Source: Chlorokybus atmophyticus (lineage: Eukaryota > Plantae > Mesostigma and Chlorokybus algae). From it: 64,000 nucleotides of DNA. The stretch is taken from contig RHPI01001259.1 in NCBI GenBank assembly GCA_009103225.1, forward strand, positions 186,001 through 250,000, in the 5' to 3' direction. Positions 13,556-25,872 of this stretch are shown here, in pieces. Position 1 is the first letter of the stretch. Every line of letters begins with the position of its first letter. A program made the position numbers and the translations under genes. The notes beneath the pieces are model-generated. The model was not told the DNA's origin and did not search any database. It was given only the letters and a program-made list of their open reading frames with translations.

Positions 13556-15693
13556 TCATGTAAGACATGTGATATTGGTTGCTTTGTCGACAATCTGATA
13601 CAATAGCAACCAAAAGTTGTTTGTGACCAGCCTAGCATTGGCAGTTGCCAGTTCTTTGATCAGCTGCTGCGACAGCAAAAAAAGATCTGGCAACATCTTC
13701 TCCCAACTCGTGTCCAACACTCTCTTGACGCTATGCATGCTAGCCATCAAGACACTAAGGGATACGAATTGACCAAGTCCCAACCCATTAATGTGAGGGG
13801 GGATGTCGGTGGATGAGAAGGATGAATCCAAGGGTGGTGATGCTGCTGCTAGGACTAAGGGGACATTTGATGTAGTCGTACACACCAGCAGTCGATGCAT
13901 GCATGCATGCATGGATTCAGCTGAAGAGTGCAACATGCCGTGTGCCACGCACGCACCCACCCACCCGGTGGTGCTCTTTGACAAGCAAGGCAATTGTGCG
14001 AGCGTGTATGCGTGTGTGCGTGTATGTGCGTGCGTTATATACTTCTCAAGTCGGACTTGCCTGATACTTTTTGGCAACGGCAGATATGTCGGCGAAGTTG
14101 GGCTCGTCTCCTGCCCGTTGATAAACTTCAGCAATGCGGTGATACTCCTTTTCGGCGGTGTTCATGTCATCTTGACTGATGGTGAATCCAACTTCCTCTG
14201 TGTCACATTTTATGTACACAGTCACATACAGGCACGCGGACCAGCACACATACGCACACTCACATATGTGCAGAGTGTGGTTGTTGCACGCGTGCACACG
14301 CATGGAGCACGCATGCAAGCGCCGTGTGCGTGCTTACGAGCATCGCATCTGTGTAAGCACACGCAACACGTGCACTCACAGGCACACCTGCACATGCTCC
14401 CACATGCATGAACAACCACACAGACCACACACACGCACACACGGACACGTGCATGCGCATTCACATAACAGATATATGAGTCATGCATACATCCATGCTT
14501 ACAGCTGTTAAAGTAAATACCCATACACGCTGTTTGGCGCATGCACAATAGCGTTATGTGGCTTTCACCCGCATACACCGAGTAGAACACATAGCCGGCT
14601 CCCTTGTGCAGGTTGTTGTGATGCCAGTCGAGGTACTGATTGACACGCGCACGCGCACGATATTGCGTTGCCTTGCGCGGGTACCAGTGCTCGTCCAAGT
14701 CGTAAGCCTCGCAGATGTACCGCATGATGGCATGACTGTGCAACATGTTGCCAACATAGTCAGTAGAAATGGACATGGCAGTCCACATGCACACATTTTC
14801 ACATGCAGTGAAAAATGCACGCGCATGCACACATACGCCCGCGTGCGCGTGCGCACGCAGATACACAGGCGCGTGTGCGCGCGTGTGTGTGAGAGGGTGT
14901 GCACGCATGCACGCACGCACGCACGCCCTCTCGAGTAGTTTGAATCCGTCTTCTTCGGTGATTGCCGGCACCTAGCCGCCAGCGCTGACGTCCTGGGAAA
15001 AACCGGGCTTGCGGGTGGCGCCGGGAGTGATCTCGGCGATCTCGGCATCAACACCGCCCATTTGGACAAGGGGCAGAGTCGGTGCTTGTGGTTTGCGTAT
15101 GTGCGTGCGTGTGGTGTGGGTGTGGGTGTGGGTGTGTGGTGGTGGGGGGGGGTGAGGTCATCCTCCCCACTCTCCCCATTCTCACTCTGACCTCACCCCC
15201 ACCCAACATCACCACCACCACTCCTTTCTCCCCTTCCACGAGGCCCGCGCATACGTGTGGAAGCTTGGGCTAAGTATGCGCACNCACGCATTCGCACTTG
15301 CGTATAGGCACATACACACGAGCGCACTGACGCATGCATGCACGTGCGCAATCCCTCTCACTCACTCACTGACTTACACTTACACTCGCATGCACACACT
15401 CTGTGATAATGCACCTATATATCCAGTCACCATGCAGCACATGCAGCACACACGTCAATTCAGGATCCCACTCCAGCCAGGCCATGCAAGCAGCACTCCA
15501 TAACTGTACATACATCAAGGGACTAGCAAGGCACCTAATGCAACCAAGTGCCAGGAGTGCTAGCAGCGTATGGCGCTGCCAGTAGTAGTCATGCACGTCG
15601 TGGTGTGTGCGTTCGTGCCTGGCACAGCCAGCGGACGGCCTCAGCCGGCTGGGGACAGGACAACGCCATCAGGTGCGAAGTCAGCTTCACCAT
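13556..15693 (-). pseudogene. Glutathione S-transferase, theta-like; probably disabled
   Basis: Reconstructed as MVKLTSHLMALSCPQPAEAVRWLCQ|MGGVDAEIAEI...SAGG*VPAITEEDGFKLLE|SHAIMRYICEAYDLDEHWYP...RARVNQYLDWHHNNL|...AGDEPNFADISAV. There is an in-frame TAG at 14972-14974 in the G-[QK]-V-P motif. The exon 2 acceptor reads AA instead of AG (15062-15063). There is an apparent short deletion before AGDEP. The 3' end is approximate. Confidence 0.75.
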
Positions 15694-15846
15694 GATGGCT
15701 GGCTTCCTTCTCCTTGCGCACGGATGAGACACACAGGCGCACACAGTCGCTTGGCGAAAAACTCCACTCATTCATCGCCTCCTCACAGCTGTATCTTCTC
15801 TCTGACCTGTCCAGGACAGGCGGTCCTCCGCCTGCTTGTACTGCGC

Positions 15847-15849
<3 letters not shown>

Positions 15850-15944
<95 letters not shown>
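15850..15944. repeat. (TC)n microsatellite
   Basis: Perfect TC run ending at an N (15945). Confidence 0.97.
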
Positions 15945-16690
15945 NCTTGATGCCCCCGTGATAGGAATGAGACCTTTTTTCTTGCAAAAACGTGCCACTA
16001 AGGGGGGTAATGTATTTGCAAGTTGGAAAAGGTATGTGCGTATGAGAATGAAATGCTCTACCGGTAGGCCCTAGTGGCCACAACCAATGGCAGGGGCCAA
16101 TCACATGTAGATGTGCGAATGAGGGTGAGTACTTGTAATAAAAGTACAATATACATTATACACAATCCAAGGACTACTATCTGAATTTAATTGTAGATAT
16201 TGTACGGCTACAAACTATTCGATCCTCAGCTAATTATATGAAACAAACAACCAAAAACAAATTTTTTATTACATATTCATGGCCCAAAACGCCTTAGCGT
16301 TGATAATAATGCAACCCATTAACTTCATGGAGATTGCAGCAAAGGGACAAAGTGAAAAATTCGTGTCTCGAGGCGCGCATGAACAATTCATGTCTCTACA
16401 GTATACATCACCATCATATTATGAGTGACAATTGAATACAATAGTGATTACAATACACTGCAACAAAAAGGCCAAGGTGTATGTAATGCGCCTATTGTCA
16501 CATGATTATACTGTTCACAAGCCAAGGCAAGCGTACGCAAATTTTACATGAACCATATAAGAGTTGTATAAAGAAAACTGAATAGATGTTGTTCACAAAT
16601 ATATGATTAAGTAGAGGGGCCATGAGAGCTGCAAGCCAACACAAGCACAAACGCATTAACCGAGCCAAGCAAGGCTAGGCAATATCTGGT

Positions 16691-16818
16691 AATCTAGTCG
16701 CGTGTCTTGCCTTGTAAGGCAAGACACTAAGACTAGATTGAGCTGAGGGGGCTGGCCCAGCCACCTTTGCTTAACCTGCTTAGCTTCACGCACGTAGGAA
16801 CCGGGTCCTACGTGCGTG
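16691..16818. repeat. Cluster of strong inverted repeats (hairpins)
   Basis: First hairpin: aatctagtc..gtgtcttgcctt-gt-aaggcaagacac..gactagatt (9-bp + 12-bp stems, 16691-16739). Second: ggctgg-c-ccagcc. Third: cacgcacgtagga-accggg-tcctacgtgcgtg (13-bp perfect stem, 16787-16818). Confidence 0.9.
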
Positions 16819-17381
16819 CAATGCAGCAGGTAGGCAGGGACAGCACGGCATGGAGCAGGAGAAGGAGCGGCCAACTACTTGCGGAGAAGTGCAGAGGGGC
16901 AGAGTCGTTGGTGGTGGTGGGGTAAAGGAACAACAACCATGTCTTGTTGTTGTGCCCTTGCTAAGCTGAACACACTATATGTGCGCGGATTGTACATGCC
17001 CAAGCATGGCATAGCCCGGCTCGTTCAACGCGGCTCGTTTAACGGTGGTACACGGGCCGTTGTAGAAGCTATCCGCTTTTCTTGTAACTATTAGAACCAT
17101 TTAATTGTCTGACAGCGCCAGTGCCATTGCTTGCATGGCGGTGCATGTGCACGGGTGTGAACAGGAACCATTTGATCTTGCAACCACGCGGGGTATGCAT
17201 GCATGTGTACGAGCAAGGCTGTGTACAGAAAGCTTGGAGTCATTTTGCACATGCAAAGGGCATGTGTGCAAAGGGTAGCGGGCGAGACTCAAGGCGTGAT
17301 TAAGGCAGAAACACCGCCCTCTAGAAAGACATGCGTCACGAACCTTGCTTCTGCCCTCGCCAACTACCAAACGTGACTGCC

Positions 17382-17659
<278 letters not shown>

Positions 17660-18170
17660 CAAACAACGAGTTTTTCCTCCTGCATACACCAATCTACACT
17701 ATTCTGTATACACCATCCACTGGAAAGTGGTGGTCACTTTCCATCAGCTCCTGAGCTTACCTAGCCTGCTGATGCTAACAGCTTACCCAGCAGTGTGTGC
17801 TTGGCAAGCATTGCCTTACCTCTGAAGCATAGAGTCTATCTCTTCACTGGGCACAGAGCGGCTAACACTCGACCTGTTATGACCACCTGGATTAAGGCTA
17901 GAAGCACTTCAACAATAGCAAAGTCCCCACAACAAGGTAGCTGCACTGGCACGGGCATGCATGCATGCATGGAATGGCATCCAGCTGCTGCTTAACATGG
18001 AAGCTAGCACCTCTTCCAGTGCCAGTATGCCTGAACACCGCTACGCAAACCAGAATGCTGAACCCGAAACCAGTTTCAGCTGGCACGGAGCGTGTCACTA
18101 CCATACCAAACCTGTACCATGCCGATAGATCAGTGCTGGTGGCATGCAACTGGCATGCAGCAGCAGCAGC

Positions 18171-20335
18171 ATGGCGCCAAGCATGGCGCCACGGAGGCGG
18201 GGCGGTGGGAGGAAGGGGAGGGGGAGGGGGAGGGGGAGCGGGGAAGGAGGCGGCGGTGCCGGTGTGCCAATGACGTTGCTGGATCTGCTGGAGCACCTGG
18301 TGCAGCGCATATTCCGGGTGGTCCTCCCGAATGCGGTAAGAGGCTTGAAGAGAGCAGCAGCTGGTTAGCACTCAACTTGCAGCTGCGAGGGGTGGGTGAG
18401 TTGCATGCATGCAACTCACCCTCCTCGACTTGGCAGACGTTCTCGTGCTGCATGTTGTAGTGTCGTTGTCAGTGCAAGTCAGTGGTCAAGCTCAAGGCAG
18501 ACATGCTGGATGTTGCTTCTGATGAGCACTGCTCAGCAGGATTGGTTGAACCCGCCTTATCAAGTAAGCACAACGTCATTGCCATGAATTTGCTGGTAAA
18601 TGAGAGGCAGGAAAGCGCTCATCGTAGCTAGTTGCAGCCTGCACTGAGTGCTGAACGCCACCAAGTGCTGTGCGTGCCACGTGGTGCTTGCAAAGTGCAA
18701 GCAATGTAGTGGGATGGCCAACTGTAGCCCCGCTATACAAGTTGTAAGCTAGCAACGGGCGGAGGTAGGTGTTGTTTGCTACACTATCACCATCATCGCA
18801 GGCTTTATTCATCTGTGATTGCTAGACAATCACACAGTGTCTTGGTTTCTCCTGCTGCTGTCGTACTAGGAAACTGCTGAAGCAAATGCAGCATACGCTG
18901 TTGGCAGTACCTCAAAGTGGCTGCATCACGCTTGTGCAGTGTATGAATGCATGCCTGTTGCAAGCTAGATAGCTCGCTGGCTTGGTGCAGTTCTGTTGGG
19001 ACACTTGGCCTTTTGCCACTGAATAATCACGATTTTTAACGCTTGAACATCATAGCAGCAGCGCGTGATATACAGCAGCAGAGTTGAGTAATCTACACTG
19101 TGGTTTCTTTGTATGCGTTCGTGCTGGTGTGTTTGGAACGCAGCTTGCAGACTTTGAACAACTTGCTCCACCCTCTGCAACGTACTGCTGAGAGATGCTA
19201 CGCTGTGGGAGCGGATTGAGGTCAGCGATGCTGGTGACATTCAGTGGGTGCCAGCATCAGCAGCAATAACAACAATCAGGAGGAGTCGGCGGCATCCGCA
19301 AGTGCATTACACAGTCGCTTTGCGTTGGCCACGGAGCACGTCCGCCATCTTGAGGTGAAGCATGTCCGGGACCCAGCTATGGTACCATGCCATCTGGCGC
19401 AGCTAATGCAAGCCTTCCAGCACCTCACTCACCTCAACATCCACTGCCTGGACCGCATAGGCGCCACCAATGCTGATGCTCTGCAAACAGTGAGCCGCTT
19501 GACCAAGCTGGAAAGTCTCAGTCTTCGCACCTGTTATGACAAAACGTTAAACCATTGTTCAAGGACGGTCTTCGACTTTTCTGTACTTGACACCTGCAGT
19601 TCGCTTCGCTCGTTGCGTCTGCAGTTTTATGGCAAAGTATATACTGGGGCCGTTTTGCTTGAAGGGTTGTACCTCTTAGAGTTGGAAGAGTTCCATATGC
19701 GTGCAGACGGGGAGTGCAGCTTATGTGACCTCAAGCTGCCGCAGACCTTGAAGATGCTGTGCTGGGATACAGCCAACAATTACATGGAGGACTTTGGGAG
19801 CTACTACAAGCATGTGGCCTCTGCTGCAACGTATCTGCGCCAGAATTAGTGCAGCTTCAGCTTTATGTGGCGAAGACAGCCAACTGGCGACGAGGAGGAA
19901 GAGGAGGACCAAGAAGAGACTCTTCCCCTAGAACAGCCGGGCGTCTTGGATGTGCTTGAGGAGATCGTTTCTCATCAATCAGGAGAGAACATCATCAATC
20001 TTATGGGAAGGGAAACTTGTGGATGGCGGTGTGCTCTGAGTATGTCCGCTGGTTCACGTTGGTATTTGCAACCGTGGATGCGCAGTTTGATGGCCCTTGG
20101 TGGGATGATTCACTGAAGCATAATCGCCCCTGCCAACTGGAGTACTACCGTTGCTGTGACCCACGCCCGTATGGTTTCGACCTTGACGGAGAGCCCTGGG
20201 AGGGTGTTGGACATCAACCCCTATGCAGACGACAACTCACAGCGCACCGACATGGACAGCGAATACAGTGACTACTCCGACAGCAATGGCTCGTTGTCGG
20301 ACAGCGAGAACAGCACAGTCAGCGACACACAGTGA
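18171..20335 (+). pseudogene. F-box/LRR-type protein pseudogene
   Basis: Exon 1 reads MAPSMAPRRRGGGRKG...MTLLDLLEHLVQRIF (F-box start LLDLP with P>L), then a GTAAGA donor at 18336. Downstream fragments are VLVC/WNAAC, LLRDATLWERIEV, and the LRR-like FQHLTHLNIHC, LTKLESLSLRTC, CSSLRSLRLQF. An in-frame TAG at 19847-19849 is followed by more protein-like sequence. At least two frameshifts (about 20010 and 20210) precede an acidic tail ending at TGA 20333-20335. Confidence 0.65.
18394..18421. repeat. 28-bp perfect palindrome
   Basis: gggtgagttgcatg|catgcaactcaccc; the stem extends further with a bulge (cgagg...cctcg). Confidence 0.95.
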
Positions 20336-21236
20336 TACACAGTAGGGACAGCAGATCCTAGACACACATCAATAGGTCGTTGTCCTCGCCTAGCAGGTTG
20401 GTACCACTACCAGGTGCAGGCTCTGTGGCGGCCATATTGTGCAGAGCAGGCTGCTTGGTTCGCAGCTTGTCGATTGCGGTTGCAAGGCTGTAGTGTAGCA
20501 GATTGTTTCAACTGAGGCATTCGTCAACCCTCTCACCATCTTGCTGCTTGAGTTGATCAGCAGGCAAGAAGTGACTAGGAGCAGTGTACCATTGGGTTGT
20601 TATTTGCCACATTCGTTGCTGCACTTGCAGTGCAATACGCATATTGACCTCACTGGCTGTTCAACCATCAGCAGTAAGCGCTTGAACAAGGACAATGATG
20701 ATTCTGCAGGCCACATTCTCAACTTCTTCAGCACCATGGCATGCGCCTGTGCTCAATTTGATTAATACAATACCATGCACCCCATCAGCTTTGTTTGCAC
20801 ATCAAGATGCCCAGCGCTCATTTGCAACATGTCATATATGCTTTGCGTGTGCCTCATCAACAGTAGTCGAAGACGCACAGCTATAGGTAGTATGTAATCA
20901 AGTCACCGCCATTGTTGTGTACACGCACGCACCTATGTCAGGCACTCATCGATGCGCAAGTGCTGGAACCGTCATAACACTTGCGCATATGTTGACAGCA
21001 TTGAGTTCAATGGGGAATAACAGAGTCCTAAAGATCACCCTCATTGGTAGCAATGGTACATCCATCACATGCATGCTGTAGCCCTGCTGCTCCCAATTGA
21101 ATGTGCACGCTTCAACCTTACTACCGGACGCCCTGCAATGCGTGCATGATGTACTGCTGCTGCTGGAACAACATGTTCTGCTGTATGACACGACCAAGCG
21201 GTACAGGGATTCAACCACGACATCTCTTTCAGTCGC

Positions 21237-21385
21237 AATGTTCAACCGCTTGCAAGCATTGATCACTCCTCCTCCAACAGACTGAAGGCGCGACATGCCT
21301 TGCACTCAGGAATGTTCAACCGCTTGCAAGCATTTGATCACTCCTCCTCCAACAGACTGAAGGCGCGACATGCCTTGCACTCAGG
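21237..21385. repeat. Tandem duplication of a 74-bp unit (2 copies, one 1-nt indel)
   Basis: aatgttcaaccgcttgcaagcatt(t)gatcactcctcctccaacagactgaaggcgcgacatgccttgcactcagg at 21237-21310 and 21311-21385. Confidence 0.95.
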
Positions 21386-22619
21386 AACCACACAACAACA
21401 TGCTATGACACGATCGACTGTACAATACCGCACCGAGGAGGTGCGGGTGCAGGTGCAGATTAAATACACAAGTTCCGTCCCCATCAAGCCTGCAGTTAGA
21501 TGCGCTGATGAGCGACGCCGCAAAGTATCCATGACACTGAACATATTAACAAGATATGTGCATTTGGCACAAAATATCAATGCCAACTCACCTTGCGTTT
21601 GAGCATACAAGACTTGAGCTCCTGCTCCAAGTGCGTGCAGCTTGCCAGGCCGTGCGCTTGCATGCACTCCCACATTGGCAGGCAATTGCACTCCAGCGAC
21701 GTGTCTGCGCGCATTGAGGTGTGTGCGCGTGCACGAGTGTGGTGAAGTGGCGGTGGTGGTGGTGTGGGGGCACACAACTGGCTTTGCAAGTAGCAAGCAC
21801 AGCTGGCTCGTTGTCAATCACAAAGACAGCAAGCAGCCAACTTGCAATGCAATCGTGCACCCGGCATCGCACACAGAAGACAGGTTCAAAAGACACGAAG
21901 CAAGATTGTCATTGACACACAATCAAGCAGCTACTGTTGTGAAACAAGCACAAGAGGCGAGCGCAGTTACCTGGTTGACTTGTGCTTGCACTTGTGCTCG
22001 TGCTCATGCTCGTGCTGGTGTTTGCTGTCGCGCGTGCAGGCAGCACACGAGGTGTGTGCTGCACAATTGCGGATGCTTGTGCTCGCTCCATGCCCGGGTG
22101 CAGGAAGTAGGAGGCGCAGCCTATGGCAGCCCCTGCTGAGGCCATCGCAGCTACAAAGAGCCGGCCGGAAGCATCACGCATAGCCGCCATGCTGAGAGTT
22201 CAACTACACACAAACACTCAGCCTGGGGTGCAAGAATTCAACACATCCAGCTAGCCAGCAGTTAAGCAGCAGCCTGGCCTGGCTTTTGTCCTTGACCCCC
22301 TCACAGCCTGAGCTCCGCAGCCATGTGGCACCAAAGAGTGCGGCTAGCACAGCTCCCACCTGCTCCAATCAAAGCCAATCACAACCTCAGCGTAGCGACG
22401 ACGACGACCACCACGACGACCGCTACGACTAGCGGCCTGATAAGGCTGCTGCTTCAACCGCCGCCGATTGCCACGTCAGCCACGCTGCTGCGCACAGGCC
22501 ACATCATGCATGACTACTCCTGAGTCGTGACGCATGACGCACCAGTACCGGTAGTGACGGTGCAAAGCGTTGCACGGTGCAACTTGCACCTTGGAGAGTG
22601 GCGAGTGGTCGGGGAGATC

Positions 22620-24400
22620 TTGTGTTTGGGTGCGTATTTTGTGCTACACGTAAAGCAATAGAGATGCGATTCGCATCATGCGAATAGAGTGCAAGCGGTG
22701 TGTCTCACATACCATGTGTCTCATTGACTATATCAGTATCGGATATTGATAGTGATTGTCTATACAAATACTTAATACCCATCATGTGCACGAGTACAAT
22801 CACACTTACACCGTGTCGGGGATTACGCAAACCTGATAAGCGAGATGTTTAAAGAAGACCAAAGCTATATTACGCACATTGCAATTATTGCTTAAATTAC
22901 ATCCAGCTTCAAGCTAAAGTTTACGTATTCCATTAAAGTCTGATAACAATCTACAAACAAGTACTTTCGATGCTTTAATAACTTTTAATTGGGCAGCAAC
23001 TGATGGCCACTTGAAGAGCATCAATCCGATTGTAGCATGAATTTACCATATAGTGTTGCATGGGGTGTACGAGGAGATCGTGCCCGTCACATAATTACGC
23101 TGACGGAACAATTAAATATGATCACTCAGAATATCTTTCTGCACAGCGACATTTGTCATTAGATTGTTCGCATGTTAATAGACCACATGATGCTGGTCTT
23201 GTCTTGAGCATGCAAGCTTTGCGCTTATGAACCAAGCACTTGCGATACTTGCTTAAATTGCTCCAGCTACAATGTATTAATATATTAATGCCCTAATGTA
23301 CGAGCTCCATACTTTCGTTCTCGCCTTCGTTTTATAGTACTACTATAAATTGTATTAATAATGCTAAGCCATTGGTCACTATACACAAACTTGTGCCATT
23401 GGCATCATGCTCAGAATATAAGGTTTTTGAGGATATTTAGCAGCAAGGGTCTTAAATGCATATGTTGGTAGAACAAGTAAGTGAATTTTGGGCCTGGTAG
23501 CGTATCCAAAATCTCGTACGGCGAGAAGTTCATTTCCATACTTGCGTATAGAAATGCACCACTTGTTTAACTCATTTTAAAAGCGTTGTTGCCGGTTGTG
23601 TGCGAATGTTAAGTCCTTGCAACCCAAATACAAATTGGCCATTTGTACTCCTATCACAGTACGAATGTTAAGTCCTTGCAACCCAAATACAAATTGGTCA
23701 TTTGTACTCCTATCACAGCACGGTGTTGTTTCTCACGGAAATGCCAATGGCTTGTTTGTTGAGCTGATTTTTCAGCTGAATTGACAAACGATTTATTCAA
23801 CGAATACGACAACATTGCATGCAAGGTATCAGCCGTGTAAACAGTAATTATTCGCTGCCTTGCTGCCAGTTAGCGTACTCAGTAATGCTGCAAGGCCTCA
23901 TCTTTGACTTTGTGTTACCGATATGTTAGTTTCAATACGGTTGCAGCTCTGTGCAGGGTAGCAGCATGCAAAAATGTGTCACCCACAAGGCTTGTCATGC
24001 AATCAAATCAGCATTACACATGTTGGTACATATATTTGCGAAGTTATGACATAATACGAAAGGATATCAGCTTATCCGCACTGGACCGCGTAAAAACACT
24101 TAAGGAGTCTTGTATAAACCAGCTTACAGAGACTCTTTCCACTATCACACTCGCCTGGAGTTAATAAAACACAAGCAGCAGTATGGTATATACACATACA
24201 TGCGTGCCAATTGAACCAGCCCAATTCTTACAGGTGGTTACAGAAGAGCCTCATTGAACACGCTTGCGACTCTCATGACCACCAAATTCACTAACGCTGT
24301 GCCGCTAGGTTTATGTTCGCAAAAGGCGAGGCGTTTGAGGCTATTAATAAGCCTGCAGCCTGAAAATCAAGCAGTGGTACATTAAATATCCCGCAGCCTT
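22620..24400. other. Second AT-rich island with decayed reading frames
   Basis: AT-rich, with many TA dinucleotides. Minus-strand protein-like fragments include KYGNELLAVRDFGYATRPKIHLLVLPTYAFKTLAA (about 23420-23545) and KLLKHRKYLFVDCYQTLMEYV (about 22920-22985), both broken by stops. Confidence 0.4.
23603..23720. repeat. Tandem duplication of a 59-bp unit (2 copies, 2 mismatches)
   Basis: cgaatgttaagtccttgcaacccaaatacaaattgg(c/t)catttgtactcctatcacag(t/c)a at 23603-23661 and 23662-23720. Confidence 0.95.
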
Positions 24401-25872
24401 CTATTTGGTTAATGCGGTGGCGGCTAGGGCACGTGCGCCGTCCTTCATGACACTACTTGTGGCTTACATGGCGTAAATCGTCATGTAATGATAGTGGTTG
24501 TTGGTTGAACTGGTAGCTAGTGCATCTAAGTGATACTGACTTGTTGATGTGTACTGATGAGCCTATGACGGAGCCTACTTGTACTGCACGACACCGCTGC
24601 AGTTGTACATCATGCTGTGCACGCTGCAGTGACAAGCACACTTTCATGCTACAACAGCCATTGAACCAGGCACGGGGAGCAGATGTTTGGTAAAAGCGCC
24701 TGCGCCATGTGCAGCCCCGGTACGCACACATGCAGCAGCACCACAGCAGCACCGCCACGGCATTGCCTGCAGTTACTGCAAGCCCAGGGCAGCCAAGCCC
24801 CAGGGCAGCCCAGTTCGTACCCTACCCTACCCTAGCCTGCCCTGCCTGTTTGCATACGTGCCACACAGCTGTATAGGGTATGTGAAGTGCTGTGTGAGAC
24901 ACATGCATGTGACCGCCATAGCACAGCTGGCACATAGCGGGAAGGGTGTGAGAGAGTGGGGGAAGGCGGAGGGAAGGCGGAGAAAGAGTGGAGGGGGTCC
25001 GTCCACACTGTGTACAAAAGATGCAAGAGGGAATGTGCCTACTTTGCTTGGCGCTACAAGGGCTGACTGTTTGAACCTTGGCGTGTTGCAGGTATACAAG
25101 GACTGCATGTTGACTGCCATGTCTAGCGCGGTGGGTAGTAGTATAGAGTGTGCGCTAGATAGTGATAGTACCCGGCGCTGGCATCTAATCACATGCGTAT
25201 GCTCATTTGCCTGATGGTGGATGTGCATGATGCAACGTGTGACCATGCAATACCCAGCATGTGCATAGTAGACTAGAGATTGATGTAGACCCTCTGTCCA
25301 AATACTGGCCTTTTGGATGCTCGTTGTGCATGCTAGTTGGTATTTGTTCACAACAGTAATGAGCTATTCAAGTATGTGACATGCAAAGCACCCGCAAACA
25401 CTCAGCACACGCATTGTGGTGGGCGAGTGGAAGAGTGGCGGCGGCAGGAGGCAGAAGGGAGGCGGGCGGGGAGTCCTGGTCGCTGTCGCTGTTGCCCATA
25501 CCAGCCTACCGCGGGGGAGACTGACTGCAAAGGTGGCTTGGCAGGTGATTGCTACTACCAACGCATGCTTGCATGACTAACGGGGGTAGCAGTGTAGTGT
25601 AGTTAGTGTTGTAGGTAGTGACTAGCTGAGCCCGGTGGTTGATTATAGTTGGTTCTGCCTGTGTATGCTATGTACAAAAAATGCGAGAGGGGTATGTGCT
25701 GTCACTGCTGGCACGTCAAATGCATGAGCACAAACACATCACAACTACTGTGCACAGCTCAGCCAGCAGCAATGAAGTATGCAGCAATGAGACCAGATAG
25801 CATTGCAGCAGTGCAGCTCAGCAGACCAAGGCCAAACCAATTCCCACCCTTCTCAACTCCATTCGTCACACA

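Noticed and set aside
21237-23720. Two-copy direct repeats (74 bp, 59 bp) as a CRISPR-like array
   Set aside because: The copies abut with no spacers, there are only two units each, no cas genes are present, and the context is eukaryotic.
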